A DNA stretch of 64,000 nt from Dehalococcoidia bacterium (GCA_965204805.1 CBDBFI010000002.1:78309-142308); one strand, 5' to 3'. Positions 21,656-31,899 are shown, numbered from the stretch's first letter. Notes: generated by a model not told the origin, from the sequence alone. Numbers and translations: made by a program.

Positions 21656-22757
21656 CGCCGCCCGATGGTGCTCCAACGAGACCGTTGCCCGGCTGAAAGC
21701 CGACCCGGAACTCAAGGCCAACTGGAAGGCGCTGAAGACTGAGATCATCCACGCGATCCCTGATCGCCTGAAGGAAACTCCCTATCAGGTCAGGAACATC
21801 GCGGTCCGGGACGCCTGCCGGGCAATGTCCGAGGTCAAGCGCTGGAACAAGGAACTGGGTCCCGGCCTGGCGGGCAGCGAGTACCACAAACTCAGATTCC
21901 GCAGCCGCAAGGCGCCCAAGCAAGGCTGCTACGTCCCCAAAAGCGCAGTCACAAAGTTCGGCTCCTACTACACCAGCCTCGGCAACCTGAGGATGACCGA
22001 GGATCTGCCAGACGGCCACGGCGACAGCCGCATCACCCTGCACAACGGCCAGTACCATCTGGTCGTCACCATGCCAGCAGGGCGGCACTTGGGCGAGGCC
22101 CAAGCTCGCGTCGTTGCGCTGGACCCCGGCAGCCGCAACTTCCTCACCTGGTTCTCGGAAACCGACACCGGCCATATCGCCCCCGGAGCATTCGGCAAGA
22201 TTCAACGTCTCTGCCACCACCTGGACGACCTGCTGTCGCGGGCCAAGCTGGAAAAACAGCGCTTCGCCCAGCGGAACAAGTACCGGGCCGCAGACCGGAT
22301 GCGCGTCCGAATCAGCAACTTGATTGATGAACTGCATCACCAAGCCGCCCGCTGGCTGGTGGACCACTTCGACATCATCCTGCTGCCGACCTTCGAGACC
22401 TCGGAGATGGTTCTGCGTGGAGCAAGAAAGCTCCGGACCAAATCAGTCCGCTCCATGCTGACCTACGCCCACCACCGGTTCCAGCGTTTTCTGGCACGGA
22501 AGTGCTGGCAGAGAGGCAAGGAATTGTTGCTGGTGAACGAGTCATACACCAGCAGGACGTGTTCCTGGTCTGGAGAGATCATCCCGAACCTGGGCGGGAC
22601 GAGAGTGGTGCGCGGGAGCGACGGGGTGATGGTGGAGAGAGACACCAACGGCGCTCGCGGGATATTCCTGCGGGCTTTGGAAGATACCCCTGCCCTGCGC
22701 GAAGTTGCGCAGGAGCACATCGGCGACTGCGCTACCGGCATTGTTAGCGTTAGTTAG
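21123..22757 (+). CDS. tnpB: RNA-guided endonuclease TnpB, Fanzor-like clade; start uncertain, overlaps tnpA
   Basis: ALDPG, ILLPTFE, VNESYTSRTC, ERDTNGARGIFL. Confidence 0.9.
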   Translation: MKDGSGPSGRSRDNAATTLTPTCANPPTPPSSATAGSAAPSNGTISKGRSPSCGSDTLKPKSSRISAEGSTGSEKDLSPYWSDFTAAISSGLWLPIETGSHGSGSSLSSGLPSRTAVGSWFSTTRTTAPSRNSPRIFSPYSTPSLADFTACVATAMQSRRIRVYPAREQRRILKLWFDAARWCSNETVARLKADPELKANWKALKTEIIHAIPDRLKETPYQVRNIAVRDACRAMSEVKRWNKELGPGLAGSEYHKLRFRSRKAPKQGCYVPKSAVTKFGSYYTSLGNLRMTEDLPDGHGDSRITLHNGQYHLVVTMPAGRHLGEAQARVVALDPGSRNFLTWFSETDTGHIAPGAFGKIQRLCHHLDDLLSRAKLEKQRFAQRNKYRAADRMRVRISNLIDELHHQAARWLVDHFDIILLPTFETSEMVLRGARKLRTKSVRSMLTYAHHRFQRFLARKCWQRGKELLLVNESYTSRTCSWSGEIIPNLGGTRVVRGSDGVMVERDTNGARGIFLRALEDTPALREVAQEHIGDCATGIVSVS

Positions 22758-22781
22758 CGAAAAAGTATCGGAGATAGAGTC

Positions 22782-24779
22782 TTGGCGAACACAATGGTGT
22801 CGCGCGGCCTGCGCGTGGCCACCGTCATCTGTCTGGTGGCCCTGGTCACGGCGATTGGATGCTCCGCGGGCGACGACCCACCGGCGACAGCGACCACCTC
22901 TTTGCCCGCGCCCACGTTCACGCCTCAGCCAACTTATACGCCGCCGCCCACTTACACACCCCAGCCGACACCATTGCCCACGGCCACGCCCTATCCTACT
23001 GCCGTGCCCGCCACCAGCACCCCCGAGCCGACATGGACTCCACATGGTGGAGTTCCGGCCCCCACCGGCGCGTTGCCGCCGGACATCGAGGCGAAACTCG
23101 CCAGCATAAGCGGGGAGTGCTACGGTGACCGTGACGCCCTGACGGCGCTGTTCTGGGCCACCGGGGGAGACGGCTGGCTCCGGAGCGATTACTGGGTGAG
23201 CGACCTCCCGGTGGTGGCGTGGTACGGGGTCGAGACCGACCCCGACGGGTGCGTGACCGGCCTCGGCCTCTGGGACAACGGGCTAAACGGCGAGATCCCA
23301 AGAGAGTTGGGACGCATGCCCAGGCTGGAATTCCTGGCGCTCAGCAACAACGAGCTGAGGGGAGAGATACCGCCGGAGTTGGGTAATCTCTCAAACCTAT
23401 ACTGGCTTCACCTCGAAAACAATCAGTTGAGCGGCGACGTACCGCAGGAATTGGGACGCCTCGCCGGCCTGGCGATTCTGAATATCGGCGGAAACCGGCT
23501 CGGCGGGTGTGTGCCGGCAACCCTGAGGCACCAGTTGGACGCCACCGGTAGCAACATGGGTGGCCTGCCGTTCTGCCAGAGGCAGGTAGCGGTCACCCCC
23601 GTACCAGCGCCCACAGCCATACGGGTCCGTGCCGGGGACTACGACGCCGACAGCGACGGCCTGATTGAGGTCTCCAACCTGGCTCAATTGGACGCCATCC
23701 GGTACGACCTTGACGGCGACGGCTCATCCAACAGTCCCCTCTACGCCGTCGCCTTCCCAGGTGCGCTACCGGACATGGGCTGCGACGCGAGCTGGTGCTC
23801 CGGCTATGAGTTGGTCCGTGACCTGGACCTCGACACCAACCGCAATGGCGTGGCCGACAAGGGCGACGCTTACTGGAACGGGGGCCGCGGCTGGCTTCCC
23901 ATAGGGGACAACCGGCAAGGAGGATTCACGGCCGTCTTCAGGGGCAATGGACACACTGTCGCCAACCTGTACATAAGACGTAGCAGCCAGTCCGTCGGCC
24001 TGTTCGGCCTGGTGCGCTACGAAGGCATTGTCGACGGCGTTGGGGTCGTCTCCGCCTACGTGGCGGGCTACGACAGCAACGTAGGCGCTCTGGCGGGACT
24101 CAGCGAAGGACAAATCATAAACAGCTACGCGACCGGCACCGTGGCCGGCTGGGGACAGAACGTGGGTGGTCTGGCCGGGGCCAACGCCGGCTTGATTCTG
24201 GGTAGCCACGCGGACGTTGACGTGTCGAGCCGGAACGGGACCTACACAGGGGGCCTTGTCGGGCAGAACACCCCCGACGCCGTGATCTCGGCCAGCTACG
24301 CTGTCGGCGACGTGGCCTCCGCTGGTAACAGCGTCGGCGGCCTGGTGGGTGGCGGCAACGGCGACAGCCTGATTATCGCCAGCTACGCCACCGGCAAAGT
24401 GACCGGCAAGGCTGATGTCGGCGGCCTGGTTGGATACAACTTCAACGCAGTGGTCGCTATCAGCTACGCCACCGGCCCGGTGCTGACCCTGCAATGGAGA
24501 GAACCGACCGGTGGCGGCCTGGTCGGGAGGAATAGTGAGCACGGGTGGGTCGGGGACAGCTACTGGACCCCGGAGACCACCCGGCGGTCCAATAGCAGCG
24601 GCGGCGAGAGCAAGAGCAAAGAGGAGTTGCAGTCCCCCACAGGCTACGACGGGATATATGCCAACTGGAACATGGACGTGGACGGCGACGGCAACGCGGA
24701 CGACCCCTGGGACTTCGGTACGTCCAGACAGTACCCGGTGCTGAAGTACGGCGTCCTGATACCAGTAGCGCAGAGGTAG
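22782..24779 (+). CDS. Lipoprotein with PT linker, LRR and GLUG repeats
   Basis: Lipobox AIGC, LRRs, repeated VGGLVG/SYATG motifs, 'YDADSDGLIEVSNLAQLDAIRYDLDGDG'. Confidence 0.85.
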   Translation: MANTMVSRGLRVATVICLVALVTAIGCSAGDDPPATATTSLPAPTFTPQPTYTPPPTYTPQPTPLPTATPYPTAVPATSTPEPTWTPHGGVPAPTGALPPDIEAKLASISGECYGDRDALTALFWATGGDGWLRSDYWVSDLPVVAWYGVETDPDGCVTGLGLWDNGLNGEIPRELGRMPRLEFLALSNNELRGEIPPELGNLSNLYWLHLENNQLSGDVPQELGRLAGLAILNIGGNRLGGCVPATLRHQLDATGSNMGGLPFCQRQVAVTPVPAPTAIRVRAGDYDADSDGLIEVSNLAQLDAIRYDLDGDGSSNSPLYAVAFPGALPDMGCDASWCSGYELVRDLDLDTNRNGVADKGDAYWNGGRGWLPIGDNRQGGFTAVFRGNGHTVANLYIRRSSQSVGLFGLVRYEGIVDGVGVVSAYVAGYDSNVGALAGLSEGQIINSYATGTVAGWGQNVGGLAGANAGLILGSHADVDVSSRNGTYTGGLVGQNTPDAVISASYAVGDVASAGNSVGGLVGGGNGDSLIIASYATGKVTGKADVGGLVGYNFNAVVAISYATGPVLTLQWREPTGGGLVGRNSEHGWVGDSYWTPETTRRSNSSGGESKSKEELQSPTGYDGIYANWNMDVDGDGNADDPWDFGTSRQYPVLKYGVLIPVAQR

Positions 24780-25160
24780 TCCGGAGCCTGAGCATCAGGG
24801 ACGCCGCCATAGGCGGGCTGCTCTCGAAAATCCGGTACAAGGCGGTTTGGTACGGCACGCAGATCGTGGCGGCTGCCCGGTCGTTCCCTAGCAGCAAGCT
24901 GTGCTCTGAGTGTGGAGTGGTCAACGGCAACCTGAAACGAGAACCCCGATGGGTATGCCCCGAATGCGGGACAGCCCACGACAGAAACGAAAACGCCGCG
25001 TCCAATCTCAGGGAGATGACGCGGCAGGCAGTTGGCGATCTGAACGCTCTAGGGGCGGTTGGCCCCGATGTGACGCTCCCCGATGGTGAGGCTCTGGCCC
25101 GCAGCAATCAGGCTGTGGGTGAACCGCCCCGTGTGAAAGGAGAACCGGAACGGAGTCAGA
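24780..25160 (+). pseudogene. C-terminal remnant of a canonical TnpB with zinc ribbon and probable right end
   Basis: 'IRYKAVWYG...FPSSKLCSECG...WVCPECGTAHDRNENAASNL'; no N-terminus present. Confidence 0.8.
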
Positions 25161-25526
25161 CGTTGAAAAGCAACTCGTGTTCGCTTTTTAACGTCCGCCT
25201 ACACCCCGGACAACCCTGTATGGACCACGACGACTATTCCGAGCTACGGAGTACGACGTTCCCTGAAGGTGGCTTCGAGCGACTAGGATTTCCATAGGGC
25301 CTGGAGCGGTGGCGGCGCACCCGGCACTTGCCGGAGCAGAAGTTGCGCTCTCTGAGGCACCACACGAGACAGGTGCGACCGCAAGTCCAGCAGGCAATAT
25401 TTCTTCTGTATCGTTACGTCTTGTAACGTTAAGCTAGGACTACTTGAAGAGCAGCTGTTGGGCGATGGCCTCAGAGGTCCTGACTGGCTGCGATCCGGGA
25501 GACTTCTTCCGGCATCCACCGAAGAA

Positions 25527-27152
25527 GGCTAAAAACTAGACATCGTTTCATTAACAATCATTAACCAACATTACAATACCACTAGAAATCGGCGCAAAAC
25601 CCCGGTAGTCCGCCCGAACAGACCCTGGCAGACACATAAGAGCCGATACTCCGGTCAACTGTGAGCGACACCATGCCCATAGAAAAATCGCCTCCAGACC
25701 CGAAGGAAGCGCCGTCTTCCAAGGAAAAGGATATGTCCCCCTACTGGAGCGGTTTCACCGCAGCCATAAGCTCACAAGTATGGCTGCCCATCCTGGCAGA
25801 CCCGGAAAATACAGACCTGAAATCATCCAAAGGCCTGCCCGGCGCTACGGCAACGGGCTCCTGGTTCCAATCCACTTGGACCAACGCCTCGGACGGTGAA
25901 TCCCAGAATCTGTTTCCAGCAGACTTCACATCCTCAATCAGCGAGTTCACCGAATCCACTCCCACACCAACGCAGGCAAGAAAAATACGGGTCTATCCCA
26001 CGAAGGAACAGCGCCGGATGCTCCGGCTGTGGTTTGATGCCGCCCGGTGGTGCTACAACGAGACCGTTGCCCGGCTTAAAGCCGACACCGAACTCAAGGC
26101 CAACTGGAAAGCGCTGAAGACTGAAATCATCCACGCCGTCCCGGAACGCCTCAAAGACACGCCTTACCAAGTCCGCAGCATCGCGGTACGAGACGCCTGC
26201 CGGGCAATGTCCGAGGTCAAACGCCGCAACAAAGCACTGGGACCGGGCCTGGCGGGCGGGGAGTATCACGAACTCAGATTCCGCAGCCGCAAGGGCCCAA
26301 GCAAGGCTGCTACGTCCCCAAAAACGCAGTCACTGAGTTCGGCGCCTACTACACCATCCTCGGCAACCTGCGCATAACCGAGGATCTGCCAGACGGCCAC
26401 GGCGACAGCCGTGTCACCCTCCACAACGGCCAGTATCACCTGGCCGTCACCATGCCAGCAGAGCGGCGCCTAGGCGAGACCCAAGCCCGCGCCGTCGCGC
26501 TGGACCCCGGCATCCGCAATTTCCTCACCTGGTTCTCGGAAACAGACACCGGCCACATCGCCCCCGGAGCATTCGGCAAGATTCAACGCCTCTGCCACCA
26601 CCTGGACGACCTGCTATCCCGGGCCAAGCTGGAGAAGAAGCGGTTCGCCAAGCGAAACAAGTACCGGGCTGCTGCCCGTATGCGGACCCGCATAGGCAAC
26701 CTGATCGGCGAGCTGCACCACCAGGCCGCCCGCTGGCTGGTGGACCACTTCGACATCATCCTGCTGCCGACCTTCGAGACCTCGGAGATGGTCCTGCGTG
26801 GAGCAAGAAAGCTCCGGGCCAAATCGGTCCGCTCCATGCTGAGCTACGCCCACTACCGGTTCCAGCAATTCCTCAGGTGGAAGTGCTGGCAAACAGGCAA
26901 AGCACTGCTGCTGGTCAACGAGGCGTATACCAGCAAGACCTGTAGTTGGAGCGGTGAGATCATCGCCAACCTGGGCGGACGCAAGGTCATCGCGGGGTCG
27001 GACGGAATCAGAGTGGACCGGGACACCAACGGCGCCCGCGGGATATTCCTGCGGGCTTTGGGAGATACCCCTGCCCTGCGCGACGCCGCGCAGGAGCACA
27101 TCGGCGACTGCGCTACCGGCATTGTTAGCGTTAGTTAGCGAAAAAGTATCGG
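25527..27152 (+). mobile_element. Non-autonomous IS607 derivative (tnpA eroded)
   Basis: Ends homologous to 20992-22771 with GG junctions; tnpA frame has lost the HTH and DRLARF and contains a stop. Confidence 0.85.
25661..27138 (+). pseudogene. tnpB: TnpB with a 1-nt frameshift near 26295 (real or assembly error)
   Basis: ORFs 25661-26377 and 26452-27138 together match the TnpB at 21123-22757; AAGGGCCCAAG versus AAGGCGCCCAAG at the shift. Confidence 0.85.
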
Positions 27153-27440
27153 GACTGAGGGCGTTGGCCATGATTGCCGAGGCGCACGAGCTGCAATAAG
27201 CGCCGACACCGCGGTCGAAGGTCCTGCATTTAGGTTGGCCACGGGCCAGGTTCTCGGAGAAGAGAGAACTTGACGAAAACTTCTCGGCCGTCATGCCTCG
27301 ACAACAGGAACTCTACGAGGAAAAATCGGCAAATTCAAACTGATACAATATTGATTTACATAAAACATTGACACCATAACGCTATGCCTGTAAAGTGTCA
27401 CCAAAGACGTTCTCGGTATCTCCAATATGGAGGGTGTTCT

Positions 27441-27650
27441 ATGACTAGCAGCCGAAAACACCCGACGGGTAGGCGACTGTTCTCAGAGGAACAGGCTTAT
27501 CGACTGATCAAAGCATATGATGAGGGCGAGACCCAGCAAGCGCTATGCCGGGTTGCAGAAGAGATGGTTGGCCACCCGGTCAGCATTTCCACTATCCGAA
27601 ACCTCCTGAGTTCACGCACATACAAAAACCTTGCGGTACAGCCCGCATAG
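27441..27650 (+). CDS. Small HTH-like protein
   Basis: GGAGG RBS; 'FSEEQAYRL...TQQAL...VSISTIRNLLSSRTYK'. Confidence 0.55.
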   Translation: MTSSRKHPTGRRLFSEEQAYRLIKAYDEGETQQALCRVAEEMVGHPVSISTIRNLLSSRTYKNLAVQPA

Positions 27651-27677
27651 AAAGATCCGTAGAACAGGAGATTTCAG

Positions 27678-27911
27678 ATGACCAGCGAGGAGGAAGAGCT
27701 CCTGCAGGAGTATCTTCTACACCAAGGTGAGATTGCAGACGAAAACGGTTTTGAGCCTTGGTATATGCAGCGATTCAAAGATGTTGATGCGGAAACCCAT
27801 TACAAGCGCACTCTGGAGCTGGCCCAAGTCTGGAAGGAACGGTTCGAGGAAGATTTCCAACAAGGCATTCAGCGAGCACTAACAGCGACGCTGGAATACC
27901 ACCGGAACTAG
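27678..27911 (+). CDS. Hypothetical protein
   Basis: AGGAG RBS, 77-aa acidic ORF. Confidence 0.55.
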   Translation: MTSEEEELLQEYLLHQGEIADENGFEPWYMQRFKDVDAETHYKRTLELAQVWKERFEEDFQQGIQRALTATLEYHRN

Positions 27912-28090
27912 GGGCCGAAGGACTACGGCGATACAGCACTCTCTAGCACAGCAGGGACCGCCATTGACCTAAAATAATTTACCGACCGAAGTTTCGGGGA
28001 CGACCGAAGCTTCCGAAAAAACCAAAGCCGCCAGTTGACTGGCACTCAACTGACGGCGGGTTTCTCGCACCCCCCAGGACGCGAAACATA

Positions 28091-28240
28091 GCTGAGGCGA
28101 TCAACCGCGCTGAGGCGATCAACTATCGCTAAGGCCATTAACCGTTGCTGAGACGATCAACCGTTGCTGAGACGATCAACCGTGCCGAGGCCATCAACCG
28201 TCGCTGAGACGATCAACTATCGCTAAGGCCATCAACTATG
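28091..28240 (+). repeat. Eight tandem 18-19-bp iteron-like repeats (putative origin)
   Basis: Approximate consensus GCTGAGRCGATCAACYRTY at 28091, 28109, 28128, 28147, 28166, 28184, 28203, 28222, upstream of the rep-dnaB operon. Confidence 0.8.
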
Positions 28241-28535
28241 TCTGTTTATTATAACACCTGCACTCGCAGTAATCCACTGGCAACAACGAGAACTTCTCGG
28301 TTTGCCGTCCGCCCGGCGACCACCTGCGAACAAGCAGCCGGTCACAACAACGTTGGCCGCCACAACCTGAACTCTTCCACCTGGCCTGACCCCGGCTGCC
28401 CCCCCTTCGACCTCTGCTTGGCTTTCCATCTGCCCCTAGGCAACGGCTACCCCAATCCCAAGCAGCTCCACTACAAGCCCCGAAACCTGTCCAATCCCTC
28501 CACGCCCGGCCGTGCCGAGGCATAGGGAGTTGCAG

Positions 28536-29816
28536 ATGCAGGACCGAAAGGACCGGCCCGACTATCCATCAGTGGGCGACCCTACTTTCCCGTCGCCACC
28601 GGGCTCCGTTGCCGGGGCGGCCACAGCCGTTTCCGCTTTGGACCCATATACCCCGCCCAACGTGCCCCACGGCCTGCCCCACGTCGTCCGCTTCGCCACC
28701 CTCTCCAGCATGGACCTGCCCCTGGAGGTAAGGTTCCTGATCATAATGCTCAGCCGCTTTGCCGACGTGAACGGCGTAGCGTCGGTGGCCGCCTCCACCT
28801 TATGCGAGATCTGCCGGATAGGCTCGCATCACACGGTAGACCGCTGGCTCGGCCTGGCTTCCGACGTGGGAATCCTCCGGAAGGAGCCCGGGCAGGGCGG
28901 GAAGGACCGGCGGAGCAACTCCTACACCTTCCTGGGCCAGGAGAGAGGCTGGAAGTCGCTGCCGGTGGGGCGGCCGGACATCAACCCCATCGTGGCCCTG
29001 GCTCAGGCCCGCCGACGCATCGAGGACCTGGAAAACCAGCTGGCCAGGATCGTTGAGCTGGAGGCCGAGTTGGTCCGGCTCAGGAACGCCAGCGCCACCG
29101 GTCATCGGGACGTGACCAATGGCGAGGCCGAGCCACACCAGGAAGAAGCCTCTCAGAGCCACGAGACCGTAGACCCGCAGGGCTCACAGGGGACCCGTGC
29201 GGCCATTGGGCAACAGGAAGTGCCCGATGGAGAGGACGACCCCTCGCCCGAAGAGGTTCGCCTCAGCTACGAGAACCGGGAATCCGAGAGTACCCCAAGG
29301 GAGCATGGAGCCATTGGTCACTCTGTAGTGACCGATGGTGGTGAGCCCCCCACACCCGAAGGAGCCAGTCACAGATACGAAAACGAGGTTTCAGACACTT
29401 CCCAGGAGACCCGTGGCACCATCAGTCACTCTGTAGTGACCGATGGCCTTGACGAAGGCCAGGAGTACCTGGCCCGACGGGAGCGGGTGCAGGCCCTGGT
29501 GATGGAGCAGCGGGGGTACTACGGCCGCAGCTTCCGGGGCGGCCTGCTCAGCGCCATCGAGTTCTTCGCAAGGAGCGAGGAGAACGAGGCGGACCTGCTT
29601 CGCCAGGTGGACGTGCTGCGGGCCGGACAAGTGCCGCCGGAATCCAGCTCCGATCCGCCTCAGGAGAGGGATGCCCCCTCCGTGCCCATGACGGCGTCCG
29701 GCCGCCGAGAGGTGGAGAACTGCCCGGACTGCGGCAGCCCATACACCACCTTCAACGACGAGGTGCGCTGCCCCGACTGCACCTACCTCCACCGCAGGAG
29801 AGAGAGGGAGGCCTGA
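28536..29816 (+). CDS. Putative replication initiator (N-terminal winged HTH, 36-aa repeats, C-terminal zinc ribbon)
   Basis: 'LIIMLSRFADVNG...STLCEIC...TVDRWL...SNSYTF' is HTH_36-like; CPDCG...CPDC; operonic with dnaB. Confidence 0.65.
   Translation: MQDRKDRPDYPSVGDPTFPSPPGSVAGAATAVSALDPYTPPNVPHGLPHVVRFATLSSMDLPLEVRFLIIMLSRFADVNGVASVAASTLCEICRIGSHHTVDRWLGLASDVGILRKEPGQGGKDRRSNSYTFLGQERGWKSLPVGRPDINPIVALAQARRRIEDLENQLARIVELEAELVRLRNASATGHRDVTNGEAEPHQEEASQSHETVDPQGSQGTRAAIGQQEVPDGEDDPSPEEVRLSYENRESESTPREHGAIGHSVVTDGGEPPTPEGASHRYENEVSDTSQETRGTISHSVVTDGLDEGQEYLARRERVQALVMEQRGYYGRSFRGGLLSAIEFFARSEENEADLLRQVDVLRAGQVPPESSSDPPQERDAPSVPMTASGRREVENCPDCGSPYTTFNDEVRCPDCTYLHRRREREA
29095..29446. repeat. 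Four 28-bp palindromes (11-6-11) at an exact 108-bp period inside rep
   Basis: Starts at 29095, 29203, 29311, 29419; consensus CCATYGGTCAC-N6-GTGACCRATGG. Confidence 0.85.
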
Positions 29817-30265
29817 TGAATAACCAGCAGGACGACATCGACGGCATCCGAGAGTACGTCCGGGCCCACGAGGAGTACTTCTGCAGCCCCGAGGGCCTGG
29901 GCTGGAAGCGGCCCGGGGGCCTGCCGGAGTACTACGCGACACGCCGGGAGGAATGGTCCCTGGACCTGGCCAAGGTTGAACGGCTGAAGCGGGAGCAGAG
30001 AGACAGGGAGAAGGCCGCGGCGGGCAACGACCGCACGGCGTCGGCCGGCATGTCGCAGGAAGCCCGCCAGCTGCTGGATTCCATCAGATCCCTGTCCGTA
30101 CAGGGGCATCCGCCCATGGAGATAGCCTCCAGGCTCGGTATCCTGGAGCTGGGCGTGCGCAACGTGCTGGCCATGGGACCCGCCGCTTACGACCCCGAAG
30201 CCCAGGCGCCAATCACTCTACCCGAGCTGGAGACCTTCAGAAGGACCTTCGGCAGGTCCTGGTAG
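29816..30265 (+). CDS. Hypothetical protein, possible C-terminal HTH
   Basis: TGATG coupling to rep; 'HPPMEIASRLGILELGVRNVL'. Confidence 0.6.
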   Translation: MNNQQDDIDGIREYVRAHEEYFCSPEGLGWKRPGGLPEYYATRREEWSLDLAKVERLKREQRDREKAAAGNDRTASAGMSQEARQLLDSIRSLSVQGHPPMEIASRLGILELGVRNVLAMGPAAYDPEAQAPITLPELETFRRTFGRSW

Positions 30266-30279
30266 CACAGGAGGAGGAG

Positions 30280-30495
30280 ATGGAGGACGCAACCAACGGG
30301 TACATCTACGAAATCGCATCCCCGCTGGAGCTGGGCGTTGCAGACCACCGGGAGCAGGCCCTCATCGTCTGGCGCCACCTTGAGAACGCCGAGGCCGCCC
30401 AGGTGGTAAGGGTGCTTCCAGCGGAGGAACTGACCGAAGTGCTCTGGCGGGCCGGCCTGCTGGCCACCACAGAAACGGAGGAGCGCGCAGCATGA
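30280..30495 (+). CDS. Hypothetical protein
   Basis: Strong AGGAGG RBS; ATGA overlap with dnaB. Confidence 0.6.
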   Translation: MEDATNGYIYEIASPLELGVADHREQALIVWRHLENAEAAQVVRVLPAEELTEVLWRAGLLATTETEERAA

Positions 30496-31847
30496 CCATT
30501 TACGCCGAGAAGCTTCTGCCCCACGACGTGGAGGCCGAGGAGGCCGTGCTGGGCTCCCTGCTCATCGACGGCCAGTGCATCACCCGACTCGCTCCCCTGC
30601 TGCAGAGCGGCGACTTCTACCGGGAGAGGAACCAGCTCTGCTTCGACGCCGCCGTGGCCCTCTTCCAGCGGGACCAGGCCATCGACCAGCTCACTCTGGC
30701 CAGGGAGTTGGCCCGCACCGAGAAGCTGGACCTGATCGGCGGCATGGCCTACCTCTCTCACCTGGTCTCCGTCACTCCCACATCGGTCCACGCTGAGGAC
30801 TACGCCCAGGCCGTCTCTCGCACCGCCACCATGCGCAAGCTCATCGACGCGGGAGTGCGCATCACCGCCCTGGGCTACAACGACACCGACGACGTGGACG
30901 TCACTATCCGCGAGGCGGAGGACGCCCTTTTCGCAGTCAGGGGCAGCGGGCCCAGAAGGGGCTTCATACCCCTCCGGCAGTTCTACGACCAGTTCCTCCA
31001 GGAGCAGGCCGCCGCCGCCGACCCATGGCTGGTTACGGGAATGCCGGTCATGTCCGGGTTCCCCGACCTGGATGAGTACCTGGGCGGGCTGCAGCGGGCC
31101 GACATGGTGGTCCTGGGAGCCAGACCCTCCATGGGCAAGAGCACCCTGGCCATTAACATCGCCGTCAACGCCGCCAAGAACGGCCAGTCCTGCGGCATAT
31201 TCAGCCTGGAGATGACCGGTGACCAGATCGCCATGCGCATACTGGCCTCCGAGGCCAATGTGGACTCCCACCGGCTGAGGCTCAGCCTGTACACCGCCCA
31301 GGAGGAGACCCGCATCATCGACGCCATCGGCCATCTCTCAGACCTGCCGGTCTACATTGACGACACCCCGTACCAAGGCATGGTGGAAATCAGAGGCAAT
31401 GCCAGGAGACTGGCATTGGAGCACGGGCTGGACCTGCTGGTGGTGGACTATCTGCAGCTGATCCAGGGGCACTCCCGGGGTAGCCATATGAACCGGGTGC
31501 AGGAGATCAGCGAGATCTCACGGGCCCTCAAGGTGCTGTCCGGCGACCTGAGAGTTCCCCTCGTAGTCTGCTCCCAGCTCAACCGGATGGTGGAGAACCG
31601 GCCCAGCCACCGCCCCCAGCTCTCGGACCTGCGCGACTCCGGGTCCATCGAGCAGGACGCCGACGTCGTGATGTTCATCCACCGGGAGGACGTCTACACC
31701 ACCCCGGAGGAGTGGGAGCAGACCCGCCCAGGGCAGGAATATCCCAGGAATATCGCGGAGATCATCATCGCCAAGCACCGGAAGGGACCCACGGGGAGCA
31801 TCCGGCTGGAGTTCGTCGACAACCTGGTGAAGTTCGAGTCCTTGTAA
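30492..31847 (+). CDS. dnaB: Replicative DNA helicase (probably element-borne copy)
   Basis: PHDVEAEEAVLGS, GARPSMGKST, FSLEM, VVDYLQL, SQLNR, SDLRDSGSIEQDAD. Confidence 0.97.
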   Translation: MTIYAEKLLPHDVEAEEAVLGSLLIDGQCITRLAPLLQSGDFYRERNQLCFDAAVALFQRDQAIDQLTLARELARTEKLDLIGGMAYLSHLVSVTPTSVHAEDYAQAVSRTATMRKLIDAGVRITALGYNDTDDVDVTIREAEDALFAVRGSGPRRGFIPLRQFYDQFLQEQAAAADPWLVTGMPVMSGFPDLDEYLGGLQRADMVVLGARPSMGKSTLAINIAVNAAKNGQSCGIFSLEMTGDQIAMRILASEANVDSHRLRLSLYTAQEETRIIDAIGHLSDLPVYIDDTPYQGMVEIRGNARRLALEHGLDLLVVDYLQLIQGHSRGSHMNRVQEISEISRALKVLSGDLRVPLVVCSQLNRMVENRPSHRPQLSDLRDSGSIEQDADVVMFIHREDVYTTPEEWEQTRPGQEYPRNIAEIIIAKHRKGPTGSIRLEFVDNLVKFESL

Positions 31848-31872
31848 CCGGTACAGCCACAGCAGACTCAAA

Positions 31873-31899
31873 AAGGCCGCCGGCATACCCGGCGGCCTT
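31873..31899 (+). terminator. Intrinsic terminator-like hairpin
   Basis: AAGGCCGCCGG-CATAC-CCGGCGGCCTT after the dnaB stop; weak U tract. Confidence 0.65.

Larger units (their letters stand above)
20992..22771 (+). mobile_element. IS607-family element (tnpA + tnpB), GG at both junctions
   Basis: Left end GG-TTGACGACTAGACAT...TTAACAATCATTAACCAA and right end ...GAAAAAGTATCGG are shared with the copy at 25527-27152. Confidence 0.9.

Noticed and set aside
28091-28240. Mini-CRISPR
   Set aside because: No spacers; 18-19-bp contiguous units beside rep fit iterons better.
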